DNA from: an uncultured virus (IMG/VR IMGVR_UViG_3300025322_000014)
Lineage: Duplodnaviria > Heunggongvirae > Uroviricota > Caudoviricetes
IMG/VR virus record: IMGVR_UViG_3300025322_000014
Strand: one strand, 5' to 3'
Length of the DNA stretch: 64,000 nucleotides
This document shows positions 15,870 to 26,104 of the stretch, in pieces. The position numbers and the translations under genes were made by a program. The notes under the pieces were generated by a model. It made no database searches, was not told the DNA's origin, and saw only the letters and a program-made list of their open reading frames with translations. Numbering within the stretch: the stretch's first letter is position 1; the number at the start of each line of letters is the position of its first letter.

Positions 15870-16480
15870 TTGCTCAATGCCTCTTGGCTCTCTTCTCCCT
15901 TTAGGAGTATCTGGATGCTATCAACAATTCCGACATCGGTCAGCTCCGCTGGTCTTTCTGTGATGGCTTGCGATACGCCAGGCTCTTCCCGGTCATGCAT
16001 GCATATCAAGCCGCCGGCAGCGACTTTTGGAGCCCAGCAGCGCAGATCAGTCATCACTTCGTGGTAGTGGTGGTCACCATCGATGAACAGGAGGTCGATG
16101 CTCCCGCAGGGCCAGGCTGCGGCGGCGCGGGCAGAGGGTAACTCGACCGCCGAGATCACCCCTCCTAGGCCGGAAGTCATGACATTCTTTCGCCACTGTG
16201 TTGCATCACCGGGGCCATACGCAATTGTGGCACTTGTTAGACTTGGCAAGTGTGGGTCGACGCAATATATTCTGGCACCACCCCCGTGAAAACTACCGTA
16301 GGCCATGGCGAGCGCGGACAGCCCTTGGTAGGTCCCGATCTCGACAATATCTTGATACGCAACAACGCGGTTTGCGGCGTGCGAGATAAAATATGCTTCA
16401 TTGATAGTCAACCAACCGCGAACTCGATTTGACATGTCACGGAAAAAGACATCGAAGTAGAAGATATTGAAGTTTGTCAT
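15857..16480 (-). CDS. Class I SAM-dependent methyltransferase (Methyltransf_24-like)
   Basis: GWL...E, IVEIGTYQGLS, IDLLFIDGDH, GGLICMHD. Confidence 0.88.
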   Translation of the reverse strand: MTNFNIFYFDVFFRDMSNRVRGWLTINEAYFISHAANRVVAYQDIVEIGTYQGLSALAMAYGSFHGGGARIYCVDPHLPSLTSATIAYGPGDATQWRKNVMTSGLGGVISAVELPSARAAAAWPCGSIDLLFIDGDHHYHEVMTDLRCWAPKVAAGGLICMHDREEPGVSQAITERPAELTDVGIVDSIQILLKGEESQEALSKWVL

Positions 16481-16515
16481 GATTGTTTATGGGAGTGAGA
16501 AAGTGTTTTTTATCA

Positions 16516-17565
16516 TTAGATTGCATTCTTTTCCAGAACATACGCACCGTTTTTGATAGCCGAAATCATCTCATCCGGCGTGTCGAACCCCTTCCTATGG
16601 AGGTCAATGCGGCTCCAGAATTCCGTACCGTCCAGACGATCACCGTTAACATATCCCGAGTATGCGTCAATCCACTGGCACATGTGGCCGTTGATCATCT
16701 CTTCCTTCTCGAATCTCGAGTTCTCTGGCCTCTGAATATCCGGCGGGTCACTTGCCGCGTGGGCGCCGTTGTGGTAACTTTGTTCCTTTGTGTGCAGTGT
16801 ATGTCCACGTATTGTGGACATACTGTCACTTGCCGCTATCGCCGCCTCAAATGCGCGACTCACCGGCTCGATCCCTGCGGGGGCTGCTTGCTCGGCGTCT
16901 TCAAATGCTTTTCGATTTGTAGTCCAGTCCATGACAAAATCTACGGGATTTTTAATTACTTTTTTCCCCCACACAACATCGTCAAGTGTGCCGCGGATTT
17001 CTTGGCGGTCGTTCTTACGATCTACCGGCTCGAATTGTGTGGCCACATAATCAAACCATTCCTTTGCCCACGGGGAGTCGTTGTGCGGCGTGGATTCCTG
17101 ACACCACACGATCTTCTTGCCCTTGAAGTATGTGTCGCCGTCTTTGATTGTGTACTGCTTCGGATTGTGATCCTTGAACACCTCTTTGAGATGGGCGACA
17201 TGTTTCTCCAGCTCATTGATGCGTTTGTCAATAGGCGCTGCAGGCGGTCGATCATCTTCCAGCTTCCCACACAGCTCAGCGTCCAGGAGTATTCCGGCGG
17301 AGGCAATGATGCTTGCGAGATGTTTGACCTGGGTCTTCGGGTCCTCGTTCTGCCCGTTCCACCACTCCATCATGTGCCTGCCCATCGCTTCGCGATAGAT
17401 TGAGGCACGTACGCCGGCGATTCGCCAGTTGTAGCGGCCGTATTTCAAGGCGCCTTCGAGGAACGCCATGGATACTTCGACGTCGATTGTGTCGGGGATT
17501 AAGCCGAGTGGAATCTTTCCACTGCCGATGATATCCTTCGGGTTGGATGGTTTTGTATCGCTCAT
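16516..17565 (-). CDS. dATP/dGTP diphosphohydrolase (DUF5664) domain protein with C-terminal extension
   Basis: NPKD..G..K.PL.LIP, EGALKYGRYNWR, AM.RH..W.NG...DP....HL. Confidence 0.85.
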   Translation of the reverse strand: MSDTKPSNPKDIIGSGKIPLGLIPDTIDVEVSMAFLEGALKYGRYNWRIAGVRASIYREAMGRHMMEWWNGQNEDPKTQVKHLASIIASAGILLDAELCGKLEDDRPPAAPIDKRINELEKHVAHLKEVFKDHNPKQYTIKDGDTYFKGKKIVWCQESTPHNDSPWAKEWFDYVATQFEPVDRKNDRQEIRGTLDDVVWGKKVIKNPVDFVMDWTTNRKAFEDAEQAAPAGIEPVSRAFEAAIAASDSMSTIRGHTLHTKEQSYHNGAHAASDPPDIQRPENSRFEKEEMINGHMCQWIDAYSGYVNGDRLDGTEFWSRIDLHRKGFDTPDEMISAIKNGAYVLEKNAI

Positions 17566-17831
17566 AGCGGGGTACCTTTCTTGTGGTAGGCCAGGTCATG
17601 CAGGTCGTAATCAGCCGCCGGATCGAATCCTTCCTCGTGCAAACATTTGGCCAATCCCCACATTTCATTTCGGGCGTAGCGCCCCATGATCAAGCGGCAA
17701 AAAAATCGGGCCCATCGCGGGCGAGCACGAAAGGCCCGACAGAAATCCAGGGCCCACATGGTTATTCTAGAGTAATCGCTGGGCATTTTTACCCCCGGAG
17801 GGTTGCATTCATCTGTTTTCCATAGGTGCAT
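17562..17831 (-). CDS. Hypothetical protein
   Basis: Fills the gap in the operon; start uncertain. Confidence 0.5.
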   Translation of the reverse strand: MHLWKTDECNPPGVKMPSDYSRITMWALDFCRAFRARPRWARFFCRLIMGRYARNEMWGLAKCLHEEGFDPAADYDLHDLAYHKKGTPL

Positions 17832-18732
17832 AGGCTGGCTGTTTGGCCGCAGATTCAGGTCCCTGAAAGATCACGTCCAAAGCCTCAACCGGCATCTCTT
17901 GCATCTCGCGAAGGGTTGGGGCCTCTACTGTTTGATCCAGTGCCCACATAACCTTATTTGTCGATGCCCATTCCCGCATTCTTCGTATGGGGACGATCAA
18001 GTTGAATGTCTCGCCCGCGCCGCGAACAAGCATCCCTATGTATTCGCCTTGATGTTCACCACCGGCCAAATACACGCCGCCTCCGCTTGATCCAGGAAAT
18101 GCTGCGCACGTCGATTGGTCGAATGTTTTGCCGGCGGTTTGCCCTATGTTTAGCACACGGCCGGTTTGCGAAATGATACCTGTGGTAAGTGAGTTTGCCC
18201 CCACTTGGCCTAATAAACTACCAACGTGATAAAGAGGGGAACCCACTTTTGGTACTGTTTCATCTAAATAGAACCGGGCCGACGTGTCCACGAAATTGGT
18301 CTTGCGGACCATCAGGATCGCCAAGTCATCGCCGTTCTCTGAGTCGCTATATTTGATAACTCGCGCATCAAAAGCGATCTCGCCGACCTTGCGGCCGTCC
18401 TCGTTCAACTCCTTGACGATGCTGGCGTCCTTGAATTGAATCGCCGTCTTCTTTGCGCCGGTCTTGGGATCAATCACCTCGCGCGTCGAACGCAGCCCGT
18501 CGACGACGTGCCCGGCCGTCCAGATAAAATTGATTTTCACTTTCGCGTCACTCGTGGAATCCTTCTTGATTTCGCGAGTAAAGATCACGCCGGAACCTTG
18601 CGACGTACCGGCACGAATCGTCAAGCTGATGTCTTGCAGATACGCCGGCAAGTCGGCAATCGGTTCGCCCGCTGCCGCGAGCCCGCTGCTCAGCAGAATC
18701 GCAATACCAAGCACAAGATTTCTCAACAACAT
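17809..18732 (-). CDS. Trypsin-like serine protease with signal peptide
   Basis: GSGV, TAGHVV, DLAIL, PGSSGGGV catalytic motifs; hydrophobic N-terminus. Confidence 0.9.
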   Translation of the reverse strand: MLLRNLVLGIAILLSSGLAAAGEPIADLPAYLQDISLTIRAGTSQGSGVIFTREIKKDSTSDAKVKINFIWTAGHVVDGLRSTREVIDPKTGAKKTAIQFKDASIVKELNEDGRKVGEIAFDARVIKYSDSENGDDLAILMVRKTNFVDTSARFYLDETVPKVGSPLYHVGSLLGQVGANSLTTGIISQTGRVLNIGQTAGKTFDQSTCAAFPGSSGGGVYLAGGEHQGEYIGMLVRGAGETFNLIVPIRRMREWASTNKVMWALDQTVEAPTLREMQEMPVEALDVIFQGPESAAKQPAYAPMENR

Positions 18733-18996
18733 TTCAATTCTCCTTTGCAAAGAATACCGGACTAAACTTCTGGAATAACGGTTGACAGAGCGGAACGACA
18801 CCGTTTCAGCGCGTCCCACATATGCTCATATGCGATAACTGCGACGTTCCATTGATCGATTGTCAGCGATCCTTCGCGCCATAGTTTCGTGACCGCGCGG
18901 ACTTTACTCACGATGTCATTGACCGCTTGGTCCATAGTCTCCAGGCCTTGGATACTCGTTGGGGTCGGATGACCGACGGGATGTTCTGGGTACATA

Positions 18997-19446
18997 CTAG
19001 GTCTCCATGTTGAAGAAAGATCGAATGCGACGTGCGAGCCGCGACACCGGGCTTTTGTATCCGAAGCACATCAACGCCAGATAGATCGCCGCGGCTCGCC
19101 AACGCCGTACACCAAAGGCGAGCATCATCCAGTACATCATTGTGTTTGCCTTTTCCCGCGGCCAGTTGTTAACGCAAGCAAAGTCATGGATCACCGAGGC
19201 CTCCAGTACGCCGGGGTTGTCGCGCGCACCGATGAAGACCTGCGCAAGCAGTGGGATAGTGGCAAAATCGGTCTGAAACCCATTGGGCACTGTAATATTT
19301 TCGTAGAGCCCAACACCCCGCACAATCACCTTGAAAGGCGATGTCACCATGTAAACACGCCGACGGCCGTTCATGAGATTCGTGGGGGAGATAAGCAAAC
19401 TGGAGACATTGATTTTCAAGCCGTTTCGTTGGTATGTGGTGCTCAT
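18997..19446 (-). CDS. DUF1353 domain protein
   Basis: ITVPNGFQTDFATIP..ASVIHD. Confidence 0.85.
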   Translation of the reverse strand: MSTTYQRNGLKINVSSLLISPTNLMNGRRRVYMVTSPFKVIVRGVGLYENITVPNGFQTDFATIPLLAQVFIGARDNPGVLEASVIHDFACVNNWPREKANTMMYWMMLAFGVRRWRAAAIYLALMCFGYKSPVSRLARRIRSFFNMET

Positions 19447-20228
19447 GTTTTTCTATACTCCTCTGGCAGAATTTGTCGCGGATGTGGGTCATTGTTGTAT
19501 CCCCACAATCCGCGGTTTACAAAACCCCATCCGCCGTGATGTTCAATTATTAGATCCTTTATTGCATAATATGGATAGCCAAGTCCATCCATCCATCGCG
19601 AGAAATCCCAATCTTCGGGAATGACATAAAACTGAGGCACATCCTTTGTGTTCCACTCAATTATATCATGAATCTGGAATCCAGGGAAGCGATCTTTTGC
19701 CCAAGGAAATTGCCGCAGGTTGATGCACAGCACACCTGTGTTGATCAACATCGGTCCGGTTTTTGCCGGGTCCAACTTCAAAGTCTCGCAGATATCGAGT
19801 CTGGATATGAATCGCTCCGGCATGCGGGCCAGCTCTCGCACAGCGATTCGGCGGAAGCTGTACGGGTTTATGGGATCTTCTTGGATCGCGAGGCTGGTTA
19901 GGCCGTCGAATGTCTTGATCGCCACCACACACGACAACGCGGCTGCTTTTAACTCTAGCGTACGCCGCACCAGGACGTCAAGCCAGCTGCCTTCGTAACC
20001 GGGCAATTGAACACCTATATCGGAATGAAGCATGATTAGGAAATCGTGATTGCCGTTCCAGGCGTTGCAAAAAATTCGGTTGAAGTTGTTCGCCAACAAC
20101 GACATTCCGGAGACCTGGTAGTTGATACACATGCCGCCCTGGCTGCCACCTTCAAGCAGCGAGGTGAGAATCGACGTTGCTATATCACCTTTGTGCGTGG
20201 GAATTCCGACGAGAACGCGGACGGGCAT
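19443..20228 (-). CDS. GT-A fold glycosyltransferase-like protein
   Basis: VLVGIPT, DFLIMLHSDI, PEDWDFS, late H. Confidence 0.7.
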   Translation of the reverse strand: MPVRVLVGIPTHKGDIATSILTSLLEGGSQGGMCINYQVSGMSLLANNFNRIFCNAWNGNHDFLIMLHSDIGVQLPGYEGSWLDVLVRRTLELKAAALSCVVAIKTFDGLTSLAIQEDPINPYSFRRIAVRELARMPERFISRLDICETLKLDPAKTGPMLINTGVLCINLRQFPWAKDRFPGFQIHDIIEWNTKDVPQFYVIPEDWDFSRWMDGLGYPYYAIKDLIIEHHGGWGFVNRGLWGYNNDPHPRQILPEEYRKT

Positions 20229-20229
20229 G

Positions 20230-21411
20230 TTACTTTTCTCCTACGAAAATGGGGATACTCATCGTTTTCCCTCGGGTTTTATCGATCACAATCATTGTTT
20301 GTGTTGGTTCTTGGTATTCTGCTTTGATTGACATAGCATATGGTCCGTAGCCCACAAGACAGCCACAGGACGTCCACCGCCATGTCTCGAGGTACTGATG
20401 CCAGTGTCCAAAGATATCATAGTCCGCGCGTTTTGACAAGTTCCACTGGTGTATTGCTTTGTTGACTGGTATCGTAATTCCGCCGCTTCCTCCTTGATAT
20501 TTCATCTGATCCCCGTGCGAGAACCGAACAGTGTATCCTTGCACATCCACGTAATTGAAGTACCCCCGTGCGATTTGCCACGTAACGCCGGGATGCCAGA
20601 CCTGGCTCGCCATTGTGCAATACCCGAGGTATTCCCAATTTGTTTTGTAACCAGTAGCAATACGCGGTTTATGCACAGACCTCGCGTGGTTACCGACGTT
20701 GCATACCACACGTAAGCTTTCGAGATTAGCGCCGGACTTCAGTTTGTGGATGCCCTTTGCGACCATCTCCTGTATGAACAAAATCGCCTCGGTCGGCCCG
20801 CAGAAGTTACCCTCTTGCATCTCCTCGTGGATATACCCGTTGATCAAATCACCGCCGAGCCACAGCACTACGTCTTGGATGTCGCAGATTTGACGCGCAA
20901 ACTCAATGAGATAAAGTGACTTATCCCATAGACGATTCACACGGCTCTGACAGATGTCGGGATTGAATACGTTCAGGTCATTAACGATGTCTGCTTGGAT
21001 GTTTTCTTCAGCATGCCAATCACAAGCGCAAATGATAGCAGTCGCTGGTGTCCGGGTTCCTGAGGCTTTCTTTTGTATCGGCCGCGGGGTCGCCGGCACA
21101 TGCTCCTTAACTTCCGTCGCGATCTTCAAATTCTTCTCGGCCTGATCCAGGGCTTCCTCCGTGTCTCTCCTCTTCTTTGTTTCTATTTTTAACCTAAGTT
21201 CGAGATCCCTCAGTTTTCGCCCGAGTTTCAGCAAGTCATCAACGCCTTCCTCGAATATTGGTCGGTTTTGCTTCTCAATCCACCTGCGTAACGCAGCCCG
21301 GCTGACGTCTAGATCTCTCGCTGTGGCTGACACATTACCGCCTCGATCCTTTAGCGACATGGTCACTTCTGCCAACGTATAGTCGTGGATATCGTTAAAC
21401 TCATATGCCAT
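20230..21411 (-). CDS. HTH + coiled coil + calcineurin-like metallophosphoesterase
   Basis: GNVSATARDLDVSR; DWH, GGD, GNH, HGD, GHWH motifs. Confidence 0.88.
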   Translation of the reverse strand: MAYEFNDIHDYTLAEVTMSLKDRGGNVSATARDLDVSRAALRRWIEKQNRPIFEEGVDDLLKLGRKLRDLELRLKIETKKRRDTEEALDQAEKNLKIATEVKEHVPATPRPIQKKASGTRTPATAIICACDWHAEENIQADIVNDLNVFNPDICQSRVNRLWDKSLYLIEFARQICDIQDVVLWLGGDLINGYIHEEMQEGNFCGPTEAILFIQEMVAKGIHKLKSGANLESLRVVCNVGNHARSVHKPRIATGYKTNWEYLGYCTMASQVWHPGVTWQIARGYFNYVDVQGYTVRFSHGDQMKYQGGSGGITIPVNKAIHQWNLSKRADYDIFGHWHQYLETWRWTSCGCLVGYGPYAMSIKAEYQEPTQTMIVIDKTRGKTMSIPIFVGEK

Positions 21412-21413
21412 CT

Positions 21414-21764
21414 CTAGAGCTCTCCCTTTTCATTTGCGGCGTCAAAAGCGCGGTACAGATCAGCATACACTATGCCCCACGCTCGACTGTGGTGTTTGTT
21501 GTGGTTCGATTCGTAGCCGTCGCGATCGAAAACGATCAGATGAGCCGCCTCGTGGAGTGCACTTTCGATTGCCGACTCATGACTTTGGTTTCGGGACAGC
21601 CGCATAACCCATTCATGTGTCTTTGGATTTTGGTATACCTCGCCCAGCAGGCTTTCATAATCTTCGTCAACCAATCTGTCAGTCGTAACAAGTTTGAACT
21701 TTGGGACTCGTTTTCGGAGCCAATGAATAACGCGATCAAAATCGCCGCCAAAATAGCTCGACAT
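21414..21764 (-). CDS. Small HExxH zinc metallopeptidase-like protein
   Basis: ALHEAAH...HHSRAW. Confidence 0.7.
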   Translation of the reverse strand: MSSYFGGDFDRVIHWLRKRVPKFKLVTTDRLVDEDYESLLGEVYQNPKTHEWVMRLSRNQSHESAIESALHEAAHLIVFDRDGYESNHNKHHSRAWGIVYADLYRAFDAANEKGEL

Positions 21765-21778
21765 GACTGATCGTCACC

Positions 21779-22459
21779 TTATTTAATACCGCAATCCGCC
21801 GCCAGGTGCATCGCGCATTTTTTCTTTAAGGCCGCGAAAATTTGATGGGCTCTTTGCGAGCTGATTCGTAGTGCCCGTCCAATCTCAACATACGTTGCAC
21901 CAGTTAAACGCAGGTCGAATACGTGCCGTTCATCTTTTTTAGCGATCGCGAGGACTTTTTCGAGAACAAATGCCGCCTGCTCCCTCGCGTCTACTTCTTC
22001 TTCGTGAGTGCGAGATACATTGTGAACTACACAATTTTCCACCGAGCAACGGCGATTGTCTTCGCCGAAAGTAGTATCGACCGGCATATCTCTAATTCGG
22101 CCAGATCTCAGCGCAATGCTGATCTTGTCTTTTGTATCCTGTTGCCGAGCATTATGCAATTGACTAAAAACATGCGCTTGTAGCTTAAAAACCGAGGCGT
22201 TCTTTGAACACACGTCCTTCATAGCTTCCTTTATTGCCTTGTATGCGTATGTTTTGAACGATACACCGCGACTTTTGTCGAATTTCTTAGACGCTCGAAG
22301 CAACGCCATCATACCTTCTTGGATAAGGTCGTCTTCGTCGATGCCAAAGCCTGTTGACAGGCCATCACAGCTGCCATACACCATGTGATGAAATCGCTGG
22401 TGTAGGACGTGGTACACCAGCGGTTTCCATTTTTGAATGATAGCGTTTTCGTCGGTCAT
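21779..22459 (-). CDS. Sigma-70 family RNA polymerase sigma factor
   Basis: DLIQEG..AL..A..KFD.SRG.SF.TYA region 2; TYVEIGRALRISSQRAHQI region 4. Confidence 0.9.
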   Translation of the reverse strand: MTDENAIIQKWKPLVYHVLHQRFHHMVYGSCDGLSTGFGIDEDDLIQEGMMALLRASKKFDKSRGVSFKTYAYKAIKEAMKDVCSKNASVFKLQAHVFSQLHNARQQDTKDKISIALRSGRIRDMPVDTTFGEDNRRCSVENCVVHNVSRTHEEEVDAREQAAFVLEKVLAIAKKDERHVFDLRLTGATYVEIGRALRISSQRAHQIFAALKKKCAMHLAADCGIK

Positions 22460-22718
22460 GAGTAATCTTATGACAAGGAAAAATCTGCTTGTCGCAGTGT
22501 CTCTATTAGCAAGGCGGTGGTAGGTAGGGAATGGCAATTATCGAATGCCACAGAAACCGAAACTGAGACACCGCGTCGGCCAGTGCGACAAGGCCGATAC
22601 ATGCAATCGTGAATGCCCCCGCTACTGCAAAGATGGCAGCAGCATAACTTAACGTTGTTATGCTTTTTTGGTACTTTTCGTCGGTGGTCATGAAGCGCCT
22701 CAATCTAAAAAAGGAAGA

Positions 22719-22786
22719 TGCCCGGTAGGATTTGAACCTACACTGTCACCATTGTCTGGCTGTCTCTTTTCTTGGGCTACGGGCAC
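22719..22786 (-). tRNA. Degenerate tRNA-like element
   Basis: TGCCCG/CGGGCA acceptor and GTAGG-TTCAAAT-CCTAC T arm; D and anticodon arms degraded. Confidence 0.5.
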
Positions 22787-22794
22787 CGCGGTCA

Positions 22795-23094
22795 CTACGG
22801 TTGCGCCGGGGGTTGCTGGGTCGATCGAGCCGCTTGTACGACCTGGACGTCATACCCCAAAACGTTGCGGGCAAATGTCACTGCGGCGCCCACGGAGAAT
22901 CTGATAAGGTCTCCGAGCTGAGCATCTCCGCCTGCCCCGCCATGAAATTTGCCAACCTCCTGGACGTAGATTTGGGTTGCAATCGCATTGATGTGATTCC
23001 GCCGCACTAATTCCTGCGCAGCAAGTTTATCCTGTTCGGCACGAAGGTCTGCCGCCACTTTTGCCTCTTGATTCGGATCCATATGTTCCTCCAT
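22795..23094 (-). CDS. Hypothetical protein
   Basis: 99-aa ORF in operon. Confidence 0.65.
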   Translation of the reverse strand: MEEHMDPNQEAKVAADLRAEQDKLAAQELVRRNHINAIATQIYVQEVGKFHGGAGGDAQLGDLIRFSVGAAVTFARNVLGYDVQVVQAARSTQQPPAQP

Positions 23095-23147
23095 TAAAAT
23101 AAAATCTACCGATCACTATTTTAGTCTATCAAAGTTTGCCACTTTAG

Positions 23148-25661
23148 TCAAGAGAGATCAGCAAAAATATGTTGCTGCGGCCGCTTGTTCAACGTGCTTT
23201 CGCTATTCCACATGATTAGTTTCAGCCCCGCTCGCCGCCGGATCGTCCCCTCTTTTTGCTTGGGATACCCCCGTTCCCCAATCGTCGTTCCAAACCTGGC
23301 TTGCGACATCGGCCGACACCCCACGCGGCCGCACCAATTCCGGTAGGCATCATACAGGTCCGAGGCCAAACACGAATACTTCAGATCGAGCAGGCATTCG
23401 TCCTCTAGAAATTGTCCGATTGTGTCCATCTCGGCCTTGTATTCTTCCGTCGCCTGGCCGACGGATTCACTGCTGCCGATTCCGTGTTGCTGCCATGCGA
23501 GACACCCCGAAATTGCCCAGTTTAGGATTCCGGGTAGCTCCTTGAACAACTTGGACGGCAGAGCATGGTCCTGTTCCTTGTCAGGAATATGAGCCAGAAA
23601 TGGAACCAACTTGAGGCGCCGCCAAATGCCGTGGTCTGAACCGCGAACCACTGGCCGGTGGTTAGTGGTCAGCCATGTTTTGTGCGTGGGCAGGAATTCA
23701 AAAAAATCCTGCCGCATTTTCCGCGCGCGGATCTTGTCCCCCCCTGTGATCTCTTTTATCGTCGTTTCATTCAAACGTTTACCATCGCCAGTTTCAACCG
23801 CTACAACAAAGCGTTTGCCGCATACATCTGCTTTTTCCGTGGGGTGTGGTTCGTACTGAGTTTCCATTAGCAGAGTTGCCGTCGCTTTCATGGAGTAGTC
23901 TTCGCCGAGGAGAGCCATAATCGCGTTTACAAACGTCGATTTTCCGTTGCTCCCCGTGCCGTACAGGACCGGTAACACATGCTCTGAAACTACGCCGGTG
24001 AGGCTGTATCCCACCATGCGTTGGATGTACGCAACTGTCTCCAGATCGCCACAGAAGATCTCATCGAGGAAGTTCAGCCAGGTTGGGCATTCTGCCGTCG
24101 GATCGTATACCGTCGGTGAGATCGACGTTAGGTAATCCTCGCGGCTGTGTCCACGGATTTGCCCGGTGTGCAGATCAAGTGTGCCGTTTGCCACGTTGAG
24201 AAGCCAGGGCTTGTCGTCGAAGTGACTTTGCTCGACCTCGAGCATACCTCTGGCAGTACGTGGAACCTCACGTAAGTGCCCGCCGCTTTCAGATTGGAGC
24301 GCCCAGGATGTGATCAAATCTCGTTGCTCTTGAGTGGTGGCGATCTTAACTTCCTGCGGTATAGCCCGCGCGGTTTCATGTGCCATCATCTCAATCTTGT
24401 ATTCTCCGCCAGCTTTCCACGCAGTTCCGTCCCAGTACATCCATGTTTCGCGCGAGCGATTATACAAGGCCTTCTTTCCGTGCCGGGCCAGGAAGCGATC
24501 GGCGTTTCCGAGGTCAGAAAGCGGAAAAACCCCCGGCGGGAGCGAGGATTTGTCGCGTTTCTTCGGCTTCAGCGGCGGATCATAGTGGTCTGCACGCGGC
24601 GGGCCGATGGCCTGCTTGAATTCTTGCCAACCGGCGCTGCACGAGTTATGCATACATTGGGCCGACATTTTCCCCGAAGGGTCTTGCATTATGCATACTT
24701 CACCTGTCGCGCCATGGCTGGAGTCGAAGGGGCACTGTTTGAGAACCCATATTGTGCGGCCGTCAGCGGATGGTTTATCTTTTTTTGCGAACTCAACGCC
24801 GCGATCAGCGAGCCATCGGTCCACTAAAAGCCTCGACCGCGAGCTGGGGTCGATGTGTTGGTGTGGATTACTGGTTGATGCCATCGCTGGTGCTGGTATC
24901 CGCGCCTCTAAAAGTTTTACGACAGGTGTCATAATGTCGGTAGTGACAATGACTCTAGATTCTGGAACAGACAGCACGTGGCTTCGCCGGTGCGGGCGAT
25001 CGGGTGTGTTAAACCCCTTACGTGTGACCGTTCCCCACACTTTTACGATTCTGCTTAAATTGTGGACTGAAGAGTCTATTTTGACCCCGGCCCCGGTTTG
25101 ACAAAACTTTTCATTAAGACCTATCAGCAGCTGACGAACCAGATCGGTACTTTGCGCATCGGCCGGGAGATCCACACGGTAGACTAGGTGGAGTCCGTTC
25201 CCAGAATGGGCTTGGATTGGTTCCCCGAAGCCGTGTTCACTGAGAAACAATAGAACCTGGTTTGCTACATTCGCTGAAAGTTCTATTTCATTGTCCGTGG
25301 CACTCACGCCAGCCGGTCTGCTGGCGTCGATGTCAATTAAAAGATTCTGCCGGCGGGGGATGTCCTCATCTGAGGTAGTGTGGCGAGCGTACGCGACAAT
25401 CGTATTCGGAGCCCTGGCGAGGAGAGTTGGATTGACGCCGTTGAGTGTGCAGTAAATGCCTGACGGCTCTCGCACCGCGTCAACATGTGCAATTTCTGCC
25501 GCGCAGCGATGTAGGTCGTTAAAATAGCCCGATGCGGTGTAAGGTCTACCTCCGCTGCTTTTCGCACCCAGGACTCGGACTTCGATTACGTCACCTTCGT
25601 TAATCAGAAGTCGCAGATTACGCTCGATTTGATCTGCGATTTCTTCTACTTCATTTGTCAT
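23148..25661 (-). CDS. P4-family/D5-like primase-helicase
   Basis: IDID..R and SGNGLH primase motifs; CPF..H zinc motif; SDLGNADRF; GTGSNGKST Walker A; TNHRP..GIWRR. Confidence 0.93.
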   Translation of the reverse strand: MTNEVEEIADQIERNLRLLINEGDVIEVRVLGAKSSGGRPYTASGYFNDLHRCAAEIAHVDAVREPSGIYCTLNGVNPTLLARAPNTIVAYARHTTSDEDIPRRQNLLIDIDASRPAGVSATDNEIELSANVANQVLLFLSEHGFGEPIQAHSGNGLHLVYRVDLPADAQSTDLVRQLLIGLNEKFCQTGAGVKIDSSVHNLSRIVKVWGTVTRKGFNTPDRPHRRSHVLSVPESRVIVTTDIMTPVVKLLEARIPAPAMASTSNPHQHIDPSSRSRLLVDRWLADRGVEFAKKDKPSADGRTIWVLKQCPFDSSHGATGEVCIMQDPSGKMSAQCMHNSCSAGWQEFKQAIGPPRADHYDPPLKPKKRDKSSLPPGVFPLSDLGNADRFLARHGKKALYNRSRETWMYWDGTAWKAGGEYKIEMMAHETARAIPQEVKIATTQEQRDLITSWALQSESGGHLREVPRTARGMLEVEQSHFDDKPWLLNVANGTLDLHTGQIRGHSREDYLTSISPTVYDPTAECPTWLNFLDEIFCGDLETVAYIQRMVGYSLTGVVSEHVLPVLYGTGSNGKSTFVNAIMALLGEDYSMKATATLLMETQYEPHPTEKADVCGKRFVVAVETGDGKRLNETTIKEITGGDKIRARKMRQDFFEFLPTHKTWLTTNHRPVVRGSDHGIWRRLKLVPFLAHIPDKEQDHALPSKLFKELPGILNWAISGCLAWQQHGIGSSESVGQATEEYKAEMDTIGQFLEDECLLDLKYSCLASDLYDAYRNWCGRVGCRPMSQARFGTTIGERGYPKQKEGTIRRRAGLKLIMWNSESTLNKRPQQHIFADLS

Positions 25662-25666
25662 GATTA

Positions 25667-26104
25667 CTACTTTCCCCATGCTCTCAAATATCTAGCCGCT
25701 GCCTCCGCTACCACAGACGAATCTTTCAGGTGACTTAATGCCAAGTTACATGGAAAACAAAGAATTCCCCTGATCTTTCCTGAGTTGTGGCAATGATCAA
25801 CACACCAGTTTAAATAGGACGACTCTGAGTAGGATATTTTTTTCTCCCCGCATATCGCGCACGAGTAATTCTGCGCTTTCAAGATATCTTCAAATGCCGT
25901 TTCGTCCAGTCCGTACTTCTTTTTTAGGTTGTATTCGCGATGGTACTTCTTGAGGTAGGATTTCTGATTTTTGGCGCGTTCGCTTACGCATAATTTGCAT
26001 CTATACCCTAATCCACTGTTGGTGCTCCTGTCTTTATAAAACTCCGACCGATCCAACATTCTTCCGCACTTACTACACTTCTTTTTTTGCTCTTCTTCGC
26101 TCAT
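25667..26104 (-). CDS. Endonuclease VII-like (homing-type) nuclease
   Basis: KYGL..Q...CAICG, VDHCH.SGKIRGILC..CN. Confidence 0.9.
   Translation of the reverse strand: MSEEEQKKKCSKCGRMLDRSEFYKDRSTNSGLGYRCKLCVSERAKNQKSYLKKYHREYNLKKKYGLDETAFEDILKAQNYSCAICGEKKISYSESSYLNWCVDHCHNSGKIRGILCFPCNLALSHLKDSSVVAEAAARYLRAWGK

Noticed and set aside
16516..17565. 2-aminoadenine (Z) genome pathway
   Set aside because: No PurZ-like adenylosuccinate synthetase homolog visible in the window; the hydrolase alone is insufficient
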